Positions 26,429-37,414 of a stretch of DNA of 64,000 bases are shown piece by piece. Within the stretch, counting starts at the first letter, position 1; every line of letters begins with the position of its first letter. Source of the stretch: an uncultured Rhodospirillaceae bacterium (GTDB taxonomy: Bacteria > Pseudomonadota > Alphaproteobacteria > UBA2966); NCBI GenBank assembly GCA_964528595.1, contig CAZGTM010000009.1, positions 2,363-66,362 of the forward strand, read 5' to 3'. The notes beneath the pieces were generated by a model. The model had not been told where the DNA came from, made no database searches, and worked only from the letters and a program-made list of their open reading frames with translations. The position numbers and the translations under genes are program-made.

Positions 26429-26845
26429 ATGGAAAGCATGGGTATCGGCGCCGGTTTGGGCGCCATCGGATTTTGGGGATTTATCGCCGCGGTCGTGGTC
26501 GCCGGCATGTGGTACGACCTGCGCCGGAAGGAAGCCAAGCAGGAAACCGTCCGCCGGTTGATCGAAAGCGGCCAGAATCTCGACGACGCGACCTTGGATA
26601 AGCTCATGTCGGCAGGGAGCAGCGGTGAGGGTGAAAACCTGGCCCGCGATCTGAAGGTCTCCGGCCTGATCGTCATCTTTGTGGCCCCCGGCCTGGCCAT
26701 TATGGCGTGGTTCCTGGGGCAAATGAACGAAAACGCCTTGCTTCCCGTGCTGGGGGCGGCCTTCCTGGTCGGCTTCGTCGGGATCGGTCTGTTGGTGGCG
26801 GCGAAGGCCGCCGCCAACGGCAACTCCGCCAACCCGAATCGGTAG
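26429..26845 (+). CDS. small integral membrane protein (3-4 TM) preceding the ECF sigma factor
   Basis: 138 aa. Hydrophobic segments GAGLGAIGFWGFIAAVVVAGMW, GLIVIFVAPGLAIMAWFLG and LLPVLGAAFLVGFVGIGLLVAA flank a charged loop. Confidence 0.7.
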   Translation: MESMGIGAGLGAIGFWGFIAAVVVAGMWYDLRRKEAKQETVRRLIESGQNLDDATLDKLMSAGSSGEGENLARDLKVSGLIVIFVAPGLAIMAWFLGQMNENALLPVLGAAFLVGFVGIGLLVAAKAAANGNSANPNR

Positions 26846-26865
26846 ACGGATCGAGATCTCGGGTC

Positions 26866-27435
26866 GTGTCTCCCACGCGGCAGGAATACGGGCAAAGCGC
26901 GGAAGCGCTGATCGTCGGCCTCGCCCGGACCGGCGACCGCGAGGCGTTCGCCGAACTTGTGCGCCGCCGCCAGTCCTGGATGCGCAACCTGATGCGGCGC
27001 TTTAGCGGCGACGCCACCCTGGCGGATGATCTGGCGCAGCAGGCGTTCCTGCAGGCCTGGCGCAAGATCGGCACGTTGCAACAACCCAGCCGCTTCGGCG
27101 CCTGGCTCAAACGGCTCGCCGTCTCTATCTGGCTGCAGCATGTGCGCAAAAACGACGCCCTGCGCGACGCCGACGAAATCGACGGCATCGCGCTTCCCCA
27201 AGCTAGCAGCGCCGGCGCGGCCATCGATCTCGACCGCGCCCTGGCGACGCTTTCCCCACCTGAGCGGCTCTGCATCGTGCTTTCCTATCACGAGGGCATG
27301 ACACACGGCGAAATCGCCGAACTGACCGAAATTCCGCTAGGCACGGTAAAATCCCACGTCCGCCGTGGCACCCAGCGCCTGCAGCAACTACTATCCGCCT
27401 ACCGTGAGACCCCACAATCGGAGGAAACGGCATGA
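26866..27435 (+). CDS. ECF-type RNA polymerase sigma-70 family factor
   Basis: GTG 26866 is the first start downstream of the previous gene within track ORF 26707..27435. Region 2 ..DDLAQQAFLQAWRK.. and region 4 HTH ..EGMTHGEIAELTEIPLGTVKSHVRRG... Confidence 0.85.
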   Translation: MSPTRQEYGQSAEALIVGLARTGDREAFAELVRRRQSWMRNLMRRFSGDATLADDLAQQAFLQAWRKIGTLQQPSRFGAWLKRLAVSIWLQHVRKNDALRDADEIDGIALPQASSAGAAIDLDRALATLSPPERLCIVLSYHEGMTHGEIAELTEIPLGTVKSHVRRGTQRLQQLLSAYRETPQSEETA

Positions 27436-27785
27436 CTGACGAACGTGATCCGGCGCTCCAGGCGCTCTTCGCCGAAGCCGAACAGGACCTGCCGGCTGAG
27501 GACTTCGCCGTCGGCGTAATGGAACGGATCGAGGCCGAGCGGAAAATGACCGCTCTACGTTGGCTGCTCGGGGCGGTGACAATGCTTGCTTGCGCCTGGT
27601 TGCTCGCCGCGCCAGTGCAGGAGGCCGTCGTCCTCTTGACGCAAGGCCTCTCCGTGACGCTGGTGGATCTGGACAACCGGCTCCTAGCCCAGGTGCTTTC
27701 GCCGGTCAACAGCGTCGCCGGCATTGTCGGCCTGGGTTTTCTTGGCCTTTACGGCCTACACCGGAAAGTCTTCAAACGCGCTTAG
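27432..27785 (+). CDS. putative membrane anti-sigma factor (non-zinc type)
   Basis: 117 aa with 4-nt overlap with the sigma gene. Acidic N-terminus, then TM LRWLLGAVTMLACAWLLAAPV and a C-terminal hydrophobic segment. No HxxxCxxC motif. Confidence 0.55.
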   Translation: MTDERDPALQALFAEAEQDLPAEDFAVGVMERIEAERKMTALRWLLGAVTMLACAWLLAAPVQEAVVLLTQGLSVTLVDLDNRLLAQVLSPVNSVAGIVGLGFLGLYGLHRKVFKRA

Positions 27786-27803
27786 CTGGAAGGAAAATCG
27801 CAG

Positions 27804-28589
27804 ATGGATCTCAACCTGACGGGTAAGACCGTCCTGATCACCGGCAGCTCGAAGGGCATCGGCAAGGGCATCGCCGAAGCCTTGGCGGCGGAAGGCTGTA
27901 AGCTACAACTTGTCGCTCGCACCAAAGACGATCTGGAAGCGACGGCGGCGGCGATCCGCGAACAAGCGGGTGTCTCGGTTGATGTCTTCCCGACGGACCT
28001 CAGCATCAGCGCGTCGGTCGGTGAACTTCTGGCGGCGGCGGGCGTGCCGGATATCCTGGTCAACTGCGCCGGCGCCATTCCCGGCGGCAACCTCGAAGCC
28101 ATCGACGAGGCCACCTGGCGCGAGGCCTGGGACCTCAAGGTGTTCGGCTACATCAATATGAGCCGCGCCTTCTACGACGCCATGAAGGCGCGCGGCCACG
28201 GCGTCATCGTCAATATCACCGGCCTCGCCGCCGACCGCACCGACGCCGACTACATCGCGGGCAGTGCGGGCAATTCGAGCCTCAACACCTTCACCCGCAC
28301 GCTGGGCAGCCGCAGCCTGCGCGACGGCATCCGCGTGGTGGCCGTCAGCCCCGGCGCGGTGGCGACCGAGCGCATCGTCACCCTGATGCAAAGCCGCGCC
28401 GAAGCCGAATTCGGCGACGCCGGGCGCTGGCAGTCCTACCTCGCCAACTTGCCCCTAGCGCGCGCCGCCGCCGTCGAGGAGATCGCCGACGTCGTCACCT
28501 TCGTCGCCTCCGACCGCGCCAGCTACCTGAGCGGCACCGTCGTCACCGTCGACGGCGGCCACGGCGCCAACATGGCGAGTTTCGGGTAG
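27804..28589 (+). CDS. short-chain dehydrogenase/reductase (SDR) family oxidoreductase
   Basis: 261 aa. Cofactor motif TGSSKGIGKGIA, NCAG, and overall classical SDR length. Confidence 0.8.
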   Translation: MDLNLTGKTVLITGSSKGIGKGIAEALAAEGCKLQLVARTKDDLEATAAAIREQAGVSVDVFPTDLSISASVGELLAAAGVPDILVNCAGAIPGGNLEAIDEATWREAWDLKVFGYINMSRAFYDAMKARGHGVIVNITGLAADRTDADYIAGSAGNSSLNTFTRTLGSRSLRDGIRVVAVSPGAVATERIVTLMQSRAEAEFGDAGRWQSYLANLPLARAAAVEEIADVVTFVASDRASYLSGTVVTVDGGHGANMASFG

Positions 28590-28603
28590 GGCGTGGAAGA
28601 AAT

Positions 28604-29269
28604 ATGAACCAGGAGCTTACGTTGAAGGAAAAGAACATAGAGCGCTTACGCAATCTGGCGGTTGCGACCTTGTCCGATGGCTGTGACCAGATCGCCGGGC
28701 GGCGGGGTTTTATGGATTACGACATTAAGGCCCGCGTGAACGCCAGGAAAATCGCCGGCACTGCCGTGACGGTCCTGGAAGTGCCAAGCACGGACCGGCA
28801 TATGCCGGAGCTCGTCTTCGATGTCATCGACGAAGCCCCCGCCGGCAGCGTGATCGCGGTCGGCTGCGGCGGCGATGCCAACACCGCCGTGTGGGGCGAG
28901 TTGATGAACGCGGGCGCCACCGTCCGGGGGCACGAGGCCGTGGTCCTGGACGGCGGCACCCGCGACGTGGAACTTATCCGCCGCGACACGGATTTCCCGG
29001 TTTATGCCCGCTCTGTTGTGGCTTCAAGTTCCATCGGACGCCTGATGACATTGGCCCGCGATGTCGCGGTCGAAGTCGGCGGCGTGGTTGTCAATCCCGG
29101 CGACTATATTGTCGGCGATGAAGACGGTGTCGTCGTCATTCCCGCCGAACATGTGGAAGAAATCATCGCCTTCGCCGAACAAGCGGAAGCAACGGAAGCC
29201 GAAATGGCCGCCTACATCGCCGAAGCCGGGTCCATACGCGCCGCCATCGCAAAATTTGGCCGGGCCTAG
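28604..29269 (+). CDS. RraA family protein (RNase E regulator / HMG-CHA aldolase-like)
   Basis: 221 aa. ..GSVIAVGCGGDANTAVWGELM...GHEAVVLDGGTRDV.. is typical of the RraA/dimethylmenaquinone methyltransferase-like family. Confidence 0.75.
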   Translation: MNQELTLKEKNIERLRNLAVATLSDGCDQIAGRRGFMDYDIKARVNARKIAGTAVTVLEVPSTDRHMPELVFDVIDEAPAGSVIAVGCGGDANTAVWGELMNAGATVRGHEAVVLDGGTRDVELIRRDTDFPVYARSVVASSSIGRLMTLARDVAVEVGGVVVNPGDYIVGDEDGVVVIPAEHVEEIIAFAEQAEATEAEMAAYIAEAGSIRAAIAKFGRA

Positions 29270-29305
29270 GGGGCTAACTGCTTCGGCCTGTTGCCGGGCG
29301 GACAC

Positions 29306-29344
29306 AAAAATGGGGACATGTGCTTGTTACATGTCCCCATTTTT
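29306..29344. terminator. bidirectional rho-independent terminator
   Basis: AAAAATGGGGACATGT-GCTTGTT-ACATGTCCCCATTTTT. Perfect 16-bp inverted repeat including A- and T-tracts, 37 nt after the RraA-like stop. Confidence 0.8.
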
Positions 29345-29473
29345 ATGCTTGCGGCGGATCGAGTAAAATAATTGAATAAAACTTGAGCTGAGCTCGTGAA
29401 AGCTGTTCCTTGAATCTAATTTTGGAAATTGAAAGTAGTCAGAAATGTACCTGTCAGAAGGCTATGTGAGGGC

Positions 29474-30604
29474 ATGAAATTTTTATCGGTATTTGCTCTA
29501 CTGTACATACTTTCAATGAAAGCAATTTTACTGGGTGCCATTCTGGCGTTCGGAAGCCAATCCATGGCGCAAACATCCAGCTCTGTTCGGAGTGTTTTCG
29601 GACCTGCATTCTCGCCGGACAACCGGGTTCTTGCTTTCACAATTTGTCTTGTTGAGAAGCTATGCAGTATCGCCTTGCATGACATTAGCACCGGAAAGAT
29701 ACGTTTGCTGAAACCACCTGACGGTGAGGAATGGAAATATCCTCGCTTCTCCCGTGACGGACGATTCATAGCATTTGAAACGCGGGACCCGGATAAGGGC
29801 TGGTTTGGAAGGAAGGGCTACTACTATTCACTGGCCATAATGAATGCCGATGGAACCGGTATTCGTAAACTTACAAAAGATGATGCGTGGCGCGCCTCCC
29901 CGACGTTCTCACCTGATGGTACCCGTTTGATTTATATACGGTCTGACCTGGAAAGCACTCCGCGGCGTAAGGTCTACGATAACGAGATTTGGGAGATCGA
30001 CATTGCGACGGGCGAGGAGCGGCGAATCCTCGACATCAATTTTTACGGTTTGTCTCAAGCGGAGTTCCTGCCCGATGGAAAACAATATGTCGTTGCGGCT
30101 GAAGGGTGGCACGACGCCGGCAGCGAGGAATTCGGAGCCGGATATCGTCATCGAAAAAAATCACTATGGCGGGGGCGAATTGGAGGGAAGAACTTAGACC
30201 TTGTTCGAGGACCCAACACCGTTCCAAATACAAAGGTCTTTGTGCCGATTTCCATGGGTGGACTAAGCGGAATTACGGGCGATGGTTCTACAATTGCCTT
30301 TCTTTACATCACCGGCTACGTACGCGGAATTAAGTACGATTATGACCTTTTTATTCAGCATGGGCTTCTACGCAATTCCAAGGTGACAAGGGTTACTGGG
30401 GGCCCGGACGCAATTTTTAGTTTGCAGGATATTTTAGGGTCCACGCTAAGGAGTGCGGGCATTTCGCTCGACGGCCGCAAAGTGGCGTTTACGACATTTG
30501 ACTATGACGCCAAAGAGTTTGGTCTATGGGTCGGCGATATTGAGAAACGTACTCTTGAGCGAATAAGCCTCGAATTTGCTACCGACAGCGTGCCACCTAA
30601 GTAG
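29474..30604 (+). CDS. secreted PD40/TolB-like beta-propeller repeat protein (low-GC singleton)
   Basis: ATG 29474 inside track ORF 29429..30604, with a hydrophobic leader. PD40-type blades FSPDNRVLAF, FSRDGRFIAFE, FSPDGTRLIYI, FLPDGKQYVVA, ITGDGSTIAFL, ISLDGRKVAFT. Codons are visibly A/T-ending compared with neighbours. Confidence 0.75.
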   Translation: MKFLSVFALLYILSMKAILLGAILAFGSQSMAQTSSSVRSVFGPAFSPDNRVLAFTICLVEKLCSIALHDISTGKIRLLKPPDGEEWKYPRFSRDGRFIAFETRDPDKGWFGRKGYYYSLAIMNADGTGIRKLTKDDAWRASPTFSPDGTRLIYIRSDLESTPRRKVYDNEIWEIDIATGEERRILDINFYGLSQAEFLPDGKQYVVAAEGWHDAGSEEFGAGYRHRKKSLWRGRIGGKNLDLVRGPNTVPNTKVFVPISMGGLSGITGDGSTIAFLYITGYVRGIKYDYDLFIQHGLLRNSKVTRVTGGPDAIFSLQDILGSTLRSAGISLDGRKVAFTTFDYDAKEFGLWVGDIEKRTLERISLEFATDSVPPK

Positions 30605-30631
30605 TTGTTTCCATTTTGTGCGGCAGTTCTT

Positions 30632-31216
30632 CTAAAGCGCCGCCTCAACCATATCCAGGTGATCCTGGCCGAAGAACATTTCGTCGTTGACGAACATGGT
30701 GGGCACGCCGAAGACGCCGCGGGCGACGGCGGCTTCGGTGGCGGCGATGAGTTTGTCTTTGACCGGCTGCTCCTGGGTGCGGGCGAAGAGGTCCTCGGCG
30801 TCGAAGCCGGCCGCCGTCAGGACCTCAGCAAGGGTGGCGGGGTCGGACATGTCGCGGGCTTCGGCCCACTGGGCGCGGAAGCTCGCCGCCGTGTAGTCGG
30901 CCAGGCGGCCGTCCTCCTCGGCCACCACGGCGCCGCGCATCAAGCCGAGCGAGTTGAAGGGCGCGCCGGCGTGGAAATCGAGGGCGATGCCGTGATGCCT
31001 TGCCGTGCGCGGCAGCTCGGTCCCCATCATGTAATTGCGCTTGGAGGGCACATCGACCGGACCGGCGTTGCCGCTCAGCTTGAAGACGCCGCCGACCAGC
31101 ACGGGGCGCAAATTCACCTCAGCACCGGTGCGTTCCGTCAGGCCCGCCAGGCGTTCGTGGGCGATGTAGGAGGGTGGGCTGGAGAGGTCGTAGTAGAAAT
31201 CCAGTGTTGCGGTCAT
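30632..31216 (-). CDS. 2-hydroxychromene-2-carboxylate isomerase family (DsbA-fold) protein
   Basis: ..LDFYYDLSSPPSYIA.. and ..ARGVFGVPTMFVNDEMFFGQD.. are typical of the HCCA isomerase/DsbA-like family. ATG 31216 has GAGG 6 nt upstream; the alternative ATG 31228 overlaps the udg stop. Confidence 0.8.
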   Translation of the reverse strand: MTATLDFYYDLSSPPSYIAHERLAGLTERTGAEVNLRPVLVGGVFKLSGNAGPVDVPSKRNYMMGTELPRTARHHGIALDFHAGAPFNSLGLMRGAVVAEEDGRLADYTAASFRAQWAEARDMSDPATLAEVLTAAGFDAEDLFARTQEQPVKDKLIAATEAAVARGVFGVPTMFVNDEMFFGQDHLDMVEAAL

Positions 31217-31224
31217 GGGGGGCC

Positions 31225-31887
31225 TCATTTCTGCCTGAGTTCGATCGCCGCCCTGAAAACGTCCGCGAACATCTCGGGCGTCAGCCGGCGCGTGTTCACG
31301 TTATAGCGCGAACAGTGGTAGCTGTCGGCCAGCTTCAGGCCGCCCGGCAGGTCGTGCAGGGCGTTGTGGCCGAAGGGATAGTCGGCTTTGCGTAAGCCCA
31401 AGGTGGTGAGCACGGCGTCATGGGCGATGCGGCCCAGCGCCAGGATGACGCGGAGTTCCGCCAAGGCCTCGATTTCTGCCGCCAGAAAGGGCCGGCAGGT
31501 CTTGGCTTCCGCCCCGGTCGGCTTGTTTTGCGGCGGCACGCAGCGTACGGCGTTGGTGATGCGGGCGCCGACCATCTCGAGGCCGTCGTCGGGCCGCTGG
31601 TCGTAGACGCCGCGGGCCAGGCCGAAGTCGAGCAAGGCCGGGTAGAGCAGATCGCCGGCGCCGTCGCCGGTGAAGGGCCGGCCCGTGCGGTTGGCCCCCT
31701 TGAGGCCCGGCGCCAGACCGACGATCAGCAGCCAGGCGTCATCGGGGCCGAAGGGCGGCACCGGCGCGTTGTGCCAGTCGGGGTGATCGGCGCGGTGGCC
31801 GGCGAGGAAATCGGCCAGCCGCGGGCAAAGCACGCAATCCGGGCCTGGTCCGGCCAGGGCGTCGGCCCGGGACAAAGTTTTGGTCAT
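31225..31887 (-). CDS. uracil-DNA glycosylase superfamily protein (family 4/5 type)
   Basis: 220 aa. ..CVLCPRL.., LLIVGLAPGLKGANRTGRPFTGD, ..NAVRCVPP.., ..HCSRYN.. motifs. Confidence 0.8.
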   Translation of the reverse strand: MTKTLSRADALAGPGPDCVLCPRLADFLAGHRADHPDWHNAPVPPFGPDDAWLLIVGLAPGLKGANRTGRPFTGDGAGDLLYPALLDFGLARGVYDQRPDDGLEMVGARITNAVRCVPPQNKPTGAEAKTCRPFLAAEIEALAELRVILALGRIAHDAVLTTLGLRKADYPFGHNALHDLPGGLKLADSYHCSRYNVNTRRLTPEMFADVFRAAIELRQK

Positions 31888-31901
31888 GGGGACGCCCTAA
31901 A

Positions 31902-32579
31902 TCAGGCGACGGTCGTGATGGTTTCCGTATCCGGCAATTCGGCTTCCGCCGGCGTGCCGTGCGATTCGGTCTGCAGGTTGGTGTCCGCCAATTCACGGTC
32001 GTCGGCAACCGGCGTCGGTTCGGCGTGGTGATGGTGATGATGGCGGGCGTTGCCTTCGCGGGCGATGGCAACCTGGATATCCGAAAGCTCGATAAAGACG
32101 TCGGCCTGGCGGCGCAACTCGTCGGCAATCATCGGCGGCTGGGAGCGCACGGTGCTCACCACCGTCACCCGCAGGCCCTGCATTTGCAGGCATTCCACCA
32201 GCCGGCGGAAATCGCCGTCGCCGGAAAACAGCACGATGTGATCGAGGTTTTTCGCCATCTCCAGGGCGTCGACCGCGATTTCGATATCCATGTTGCCCTT
32301 GATCTTGCGCCGGCCCATGGAATCGGTGAATTCCTTGGTCGGTTTGGTGACCATGGTGTAGCCGTTGTAATCGAGCCAGTCGACCAGCGGACGGATCGGC
32401 GAATACTCCTGATCCTCCAAAAGGGCGGTGTAATAAAGGGCGCGGATGACGCGGGTATTGTTGCGGAATTCCTGCAGGAGTCGTTTATAGTCTATATCGA
32501 AACCGAGCGCGCGGGCGGCGGCGTAAAGGTTCGAACCATCAATAAATAGGGCGGTACGTTCGCCTTCATAAAATTCCAT
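31902..32579 (-). CDS. NYN/LabA-like (PIN-related) domain protein with acidic, His-rich C-terminal tail
   Basis: 225 aa. ..ALFIDGSNLY.., ..GNMDIEIAVD.., ..LFSGDGDF.. NYN-type acidic residues. Internal HHHHHH followed by an acidic low-complexity tail. Confidence 0.8.
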   Translation of the reverse strand: MEFYEGERTALFIDGSNLYAAARALGFDIDYKRLLQEFRNNTRVIRALYYTALLEDQEYSPIRPLVDWLDYNGYTMVTKPTKEFTDSMGRRKIKGNMDIEIAVDALEMAKNLDHIVLFSGDGDFRRLVECLQMQGLRVTVVSTVRSQPPMIADELRRQADVFIELSDIQVAIAREGNARHHHHHHAEPTPVADDRELADTNLQTESHGTPAEAELPDTETITTVA

Positions 32580-32695
32580 AATATCAAATCCTTATACGAG
32601 ATTATTAAGCTATATTATTAGTATAGAATTGATCGTAAAATGGTCGTTATTTGTCATCTTTTTTTGTTCTCATTCTAATCTAGGCCGATCCCCCG

Positions 32696-33238
32696 ATGTC
32701 GCAAGGAACAAAATTACCAGGGCACAAACTTGTGATCGCGGACGCCGCCGTGCTGGTGGCGATGGGCGCCAACCTGCCGTCGCGGTTCGGCCCGCCGCGC
32801 GAGACCTTGGAGGCGGCCCTGGCAGCGATGACCGAGGCTGGTCTAAATGTGGTGTCGCGCTCGCCCTGGTACAAGACGGCGCCGGTGCCGGCATCGAGCC
32901 AGGACTGGTACGTCAACGGCGTCGCCGCCGTCGAAACGGAGCTCGATCCCGCGGCGCTGCTGACGGTGCTGCACGAAATCGAGGCCGGCTTCGGGCGCGT
33001 CCGCCGGGAAGCCAACGAAGCCCGGCTGCTCGATCTTGACCTGCTGGCCCACGGCAGGCTGATCCGCGACGACGCGCCGCCCCTGCTGCCGCACCCCCGC
33101 CTGCAGGACCGCGCCTTCGTCCTGCTGCCGCTGGCCGACATCGTCCCAGACTGGCGTCATCCGGTAACCGGCGAGAGCTTGAACGTCATGCTGTCGCGCC
33201 TGCCGGGGGGACAAAAAGCGGAGCGATTGGCGGATTGA
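32696..33238 (+). CDS. folK: 2-amino-4-hydroxy-6-hydroxymethyldihydropteridine diphosphokinase
   Basis: 180 aa. ..VAMGANLPS..GPPRETLEAAL..SR.YKTAPV..QDWYVNGV..LL..LHEIE..FGR.R...N..R.LDLDLL..HPR...RAFVL.PL.. Confidence 0.88.
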   Translation: MSQGTKLPGHKLVIADAAVLVAMGANLPSRFGPPRETLEAALAAMTEAGLNVVSRSPWYKTAPVPASSQDWYVNGVAAVETELDPAALLTVLHEIEAGFGRVRREANEARLLDLDLLAHGRLIRDDAPPLLPHPRLQDRAFVLLPLADIVPDWRHPVTGESLNVMLSRLPGGQKAERLAD

Positions 33239-33368
33239 CGGCGCATTTTTCATGCTGCAGCGCAAAAAACTCTGATTTTGTTTAGTTATAAAGGACTTCC
33301 GTGCTTGCTTTGCCGCGCGGAGTTGCATATTTATGGCTCTGCAGCAGACCAGTTTTGGAGAACCAACG

Positions 33369-33749
33369 ATGGCTCGCGTCACCGTCGAAGATTGTATTGT
33401 CAAGATTCCCAACCGTTTCGACCTCGTCATGTTGTCGGCCCAGCGGGCCCGGCAGGTATCGTCGGGCGCCGAAATCACCGTCGAGCGCGACAACGATAAG
33501 AACCCCGTCGTCGCCCTGCGTGAGATCGCCGATGAATCGGTGCCGGTCGAAGACCTCATTGAAGCGGTCGTCACCGGTTTCCAGAAGCACGTCGAGATCG
33601 ATGAGCCGGAAGAAGACGATATGGCTTCCCTGATGAGCGCCCACGATTGGGCCAACGGCGAGGCCGAGCCGGCCGAACCGGCGCCGGCGCCGGAAGAAGG
33701 CCCGACGGTCGGCGAGGAAATTCCCGGAGCCAGTCCGGAGGAAGCGTGA
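33369..33749 (+). CDS. rpoZ: DNA-directed RNA polymerase subunit omega
   Basis: ATG 33369 inside track ORF 33333..33749. [29 protein letters not shown].. is canonical RpoZ, with an acidic C-terminal extension. Confidence 0.93.
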   Translation: MARVTVEDCIVKIPNRFDLVMLSAQRARQVSSGAEITVERDNDKNPVVALREIADESVPVEDLIEAVVTGFQKHVEIDEPEEDDMASLMSAHDWANGEAEPAEPAPAPEEGPTVGEEIPGASPEEA

Positions 33750-33820
33750 GGGCGCGCGACCGCAACATCGGTTACTGCCGCCAACGACGGCGACGCTGCT
33801 CGCCACCCTTTGCTTCATCG

Positions 33821-33857
33821 AAAACGCGCGATGGTTTCTCCGCCGCGCGTTTTTTTG
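33821..33857 (+). terminator. rho-independent terminator after rpoZ
   Basis: AAAACGCGCG..(13-nt loop)..CGCGCGT followed by TTTTTT. 7-bp GC stem plus U-tract. Confidence 0.65.
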
Positions 33858-33896
33858 TGCCTGAAGCCCGGTCTAGCAACTCCACCCCCACCCTGT

Positions 33897-33919
33897 CCCT
33901 CCCCCCTCAAGGGGGAGGG
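33897..33919. repeat. REP-like GC hairpin (copy 1)
   Basis: CCCTCCCCC-CTCAA-GGGGGAGGG, 9-bp perfect stem. Confidence 0.7.
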
Positions 33920-33954
33920 AACTCACATTTCGAAAGCGATCTCCACTTTGAGTT

Positions 33955-33977
33955 CCTTCCCCCCTGGCGGGGGAAGG
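33955..33977. repeat. REP-like GC hairpin (copy 2)
   Basis: CCTTCCCCC-CTGGC-GGGGGAAGG, 9-bp perfect stem. It has the same architecture as copy 1, which lies 58 nt upstream. Confidence 0.7.
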
Positions 33978-34056
33978 ATAGGATGGGGGGGACAGCAGCA
34001 AATTGCGCGCTGTCATCAGGCGATTTGAATTTCGGCTTTCGGTTAGGCGGCTAGCC

Positions 34057-36210
<2,154 letters not shown>

Positions 36211-36250
36211 GTTATTCCACCCAGCTCAATACCTTGGAGACCTCCCCAAA

Positions 36251-36838
36251 ATGAAACAGGACGAAGTGCTCGGCCACTTCCGCGAAACCGGCGCCTTGCT
36301 TGAAGGCCATTTCCTCTTGTCGTCGGGCCTGCACAGCCCGATATATCTGCAATGCGCCAAGGTTCTGATGCATCCCGAACGGGCCGGCCAATTATGCCGG
36401 GCGCTAGCCGACAAGGTGACGGCGGCGGTGGGTGAGGGCGCTATCGACATCGTCGTATCGCCGGCCATGGGCGGCGTCGTCGTGGGTTACGAGATGGGCA
36501 GACAGTTGGGCGTTTCCGCCATCTTCACGGAGCGCGTGGAGGGCGAGTTCGTCCTGCGCCGGGGTTTTGAGCTGGCGGCGGGCGCCCGCGTCCTGATGGC
36601 GGAGGACATCGTCACCACCGGCAAGTCGTCGCGCGAATGCATCGCGGCCATCGCCGCGGCCGGCGGCGAAACCGTGGCGGCAAGTTGTCTGATCGACCGC
36701 TCCGACGGCGAGGTTGATCTGGGCGTGCCATTGGTGGCATTAACCGGCTTGAAAGTCCCGAGCTATCCGGCGGATGAACTGCCGCCCGAACTGGCCGGCA
36801 CCGAGGCGGTAAAACCGGGCAGCCGCGGCCTCAAGTGA
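36251..36838 (+). CDS. pyrE: orotate phosphoribosyltransferase
   Basis: 195 aa. ..[16 protein letters not shown].. and PRPP motif [13 protein letters not shown]. Confidence 0.9.
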   Translation: MKQDEVLGHFRETGALLEGHFLLSSGLHSPIYLQCAKVLMHPERAGQLCRALADKVTAAVGEGAIDIVVSPAMGGVVVGYEMGRQLGVSAIFTERVEGEFVLRRGFELAAGARVLMAEDIVTTGKSSRECIAAIAAAGGETVAASCLIDRSDGEVDLGVPLVALTGLKVPSYPADELPPELAGTEAVKPGSRGLK

Positions 36839-36865
36839 ACAACGCGCGTACGGAGTAGGATTACG

Positions 36866-37414
36866 GTGTTTCAACGCCGCAAGAAATTAACGCTGGGCCA
36901 GAAGGCCATGGGCTTCGTCTGGCCGCAGATCGGCTGGAAGCGGGCGACCGTCTATACCAAGCACCGCCTGGCCCGTTTGCCGGGCACGCCTTATTCCATT
37001 GCCGCCGGGTTCGCCTGTGGCGCCGCCATGTCGTTTACCCCGTTCGTCGGTTTCCATTTCGTGCTGTCGGCCATCATGGCGCTGATGATCCGGGCCAACA
37101 TCCTGGCCTCGGCCATCGGCACGGCGGTAGGCAATCCCTGGACATTTCCCTTTATCTGGTGGCTGGTCTATACAACAGGGGCTTGGCTGATGGGTGTCGA
37201 GGGCGGCGACGCGTTGCCGGAAACCCTCACCATGACGTACATTTTCGACAACTTCATGGACATATTCCTGCCCATGTTGTTGGCCAGTATTCCCATCGGC
37301 GCCGTTGTTTGGTGCCTGTTTTATTTTCCGCTGCGTTCCCTGGTCGCCAGCTACCAAAAGTCGCGGCGCGAGCGTCTGGCCCGGAACCGCAAAGCGGCAA
37401 AGGAAGAAGAGTGA
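36866..37414 (+). CDS. DUF2062-type membrane protein
   Basis: 182 aa with GTG start. ..[29 protein letters not shown].. and ..[10 protein letters not shown].. are characteristic of this family. Sits in its conserved position upstream of pdxJ. Confidence 0.75.
   Translation: MFQRRKKLTLGQKAMGFVWPQIGWKRATVYTKHRLARLPGTPYSIAAGFACGAAMSFTPFVGFHFVLSAIMALMIRANILASAIGTAVGNPWTFPFIWWLVYTTGAWLMGVEGGDALPETLTMTYIFDNFMDIFLPMLLASIPIGAVVWCLFYFPLRSLVASYQKSRRERLARNRKAAKEEE

Noticed and set aside
26392-27306. 304-aa minus-strand ORF
   Set aside because: It is antisense to the membrane protein and ECF sigma genes, with no motifs.
32020-32045. HHHHHH tract in the NYN protein, considered as a possible cloning-tag artefact
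   Set aside because: It is internal, about 45 residues from the C-terminus. It is encoded by mixed CAC/CAT codons and embedded in native-looking low-complexity sequence.
32843-33784. 313-aa minus-strand ORF across folK and rpoZ
   Set aside because: It spans two genes and the intergenic promoter region in antisense, and the translation is Ser/Arg/Ala-rich low complexity.
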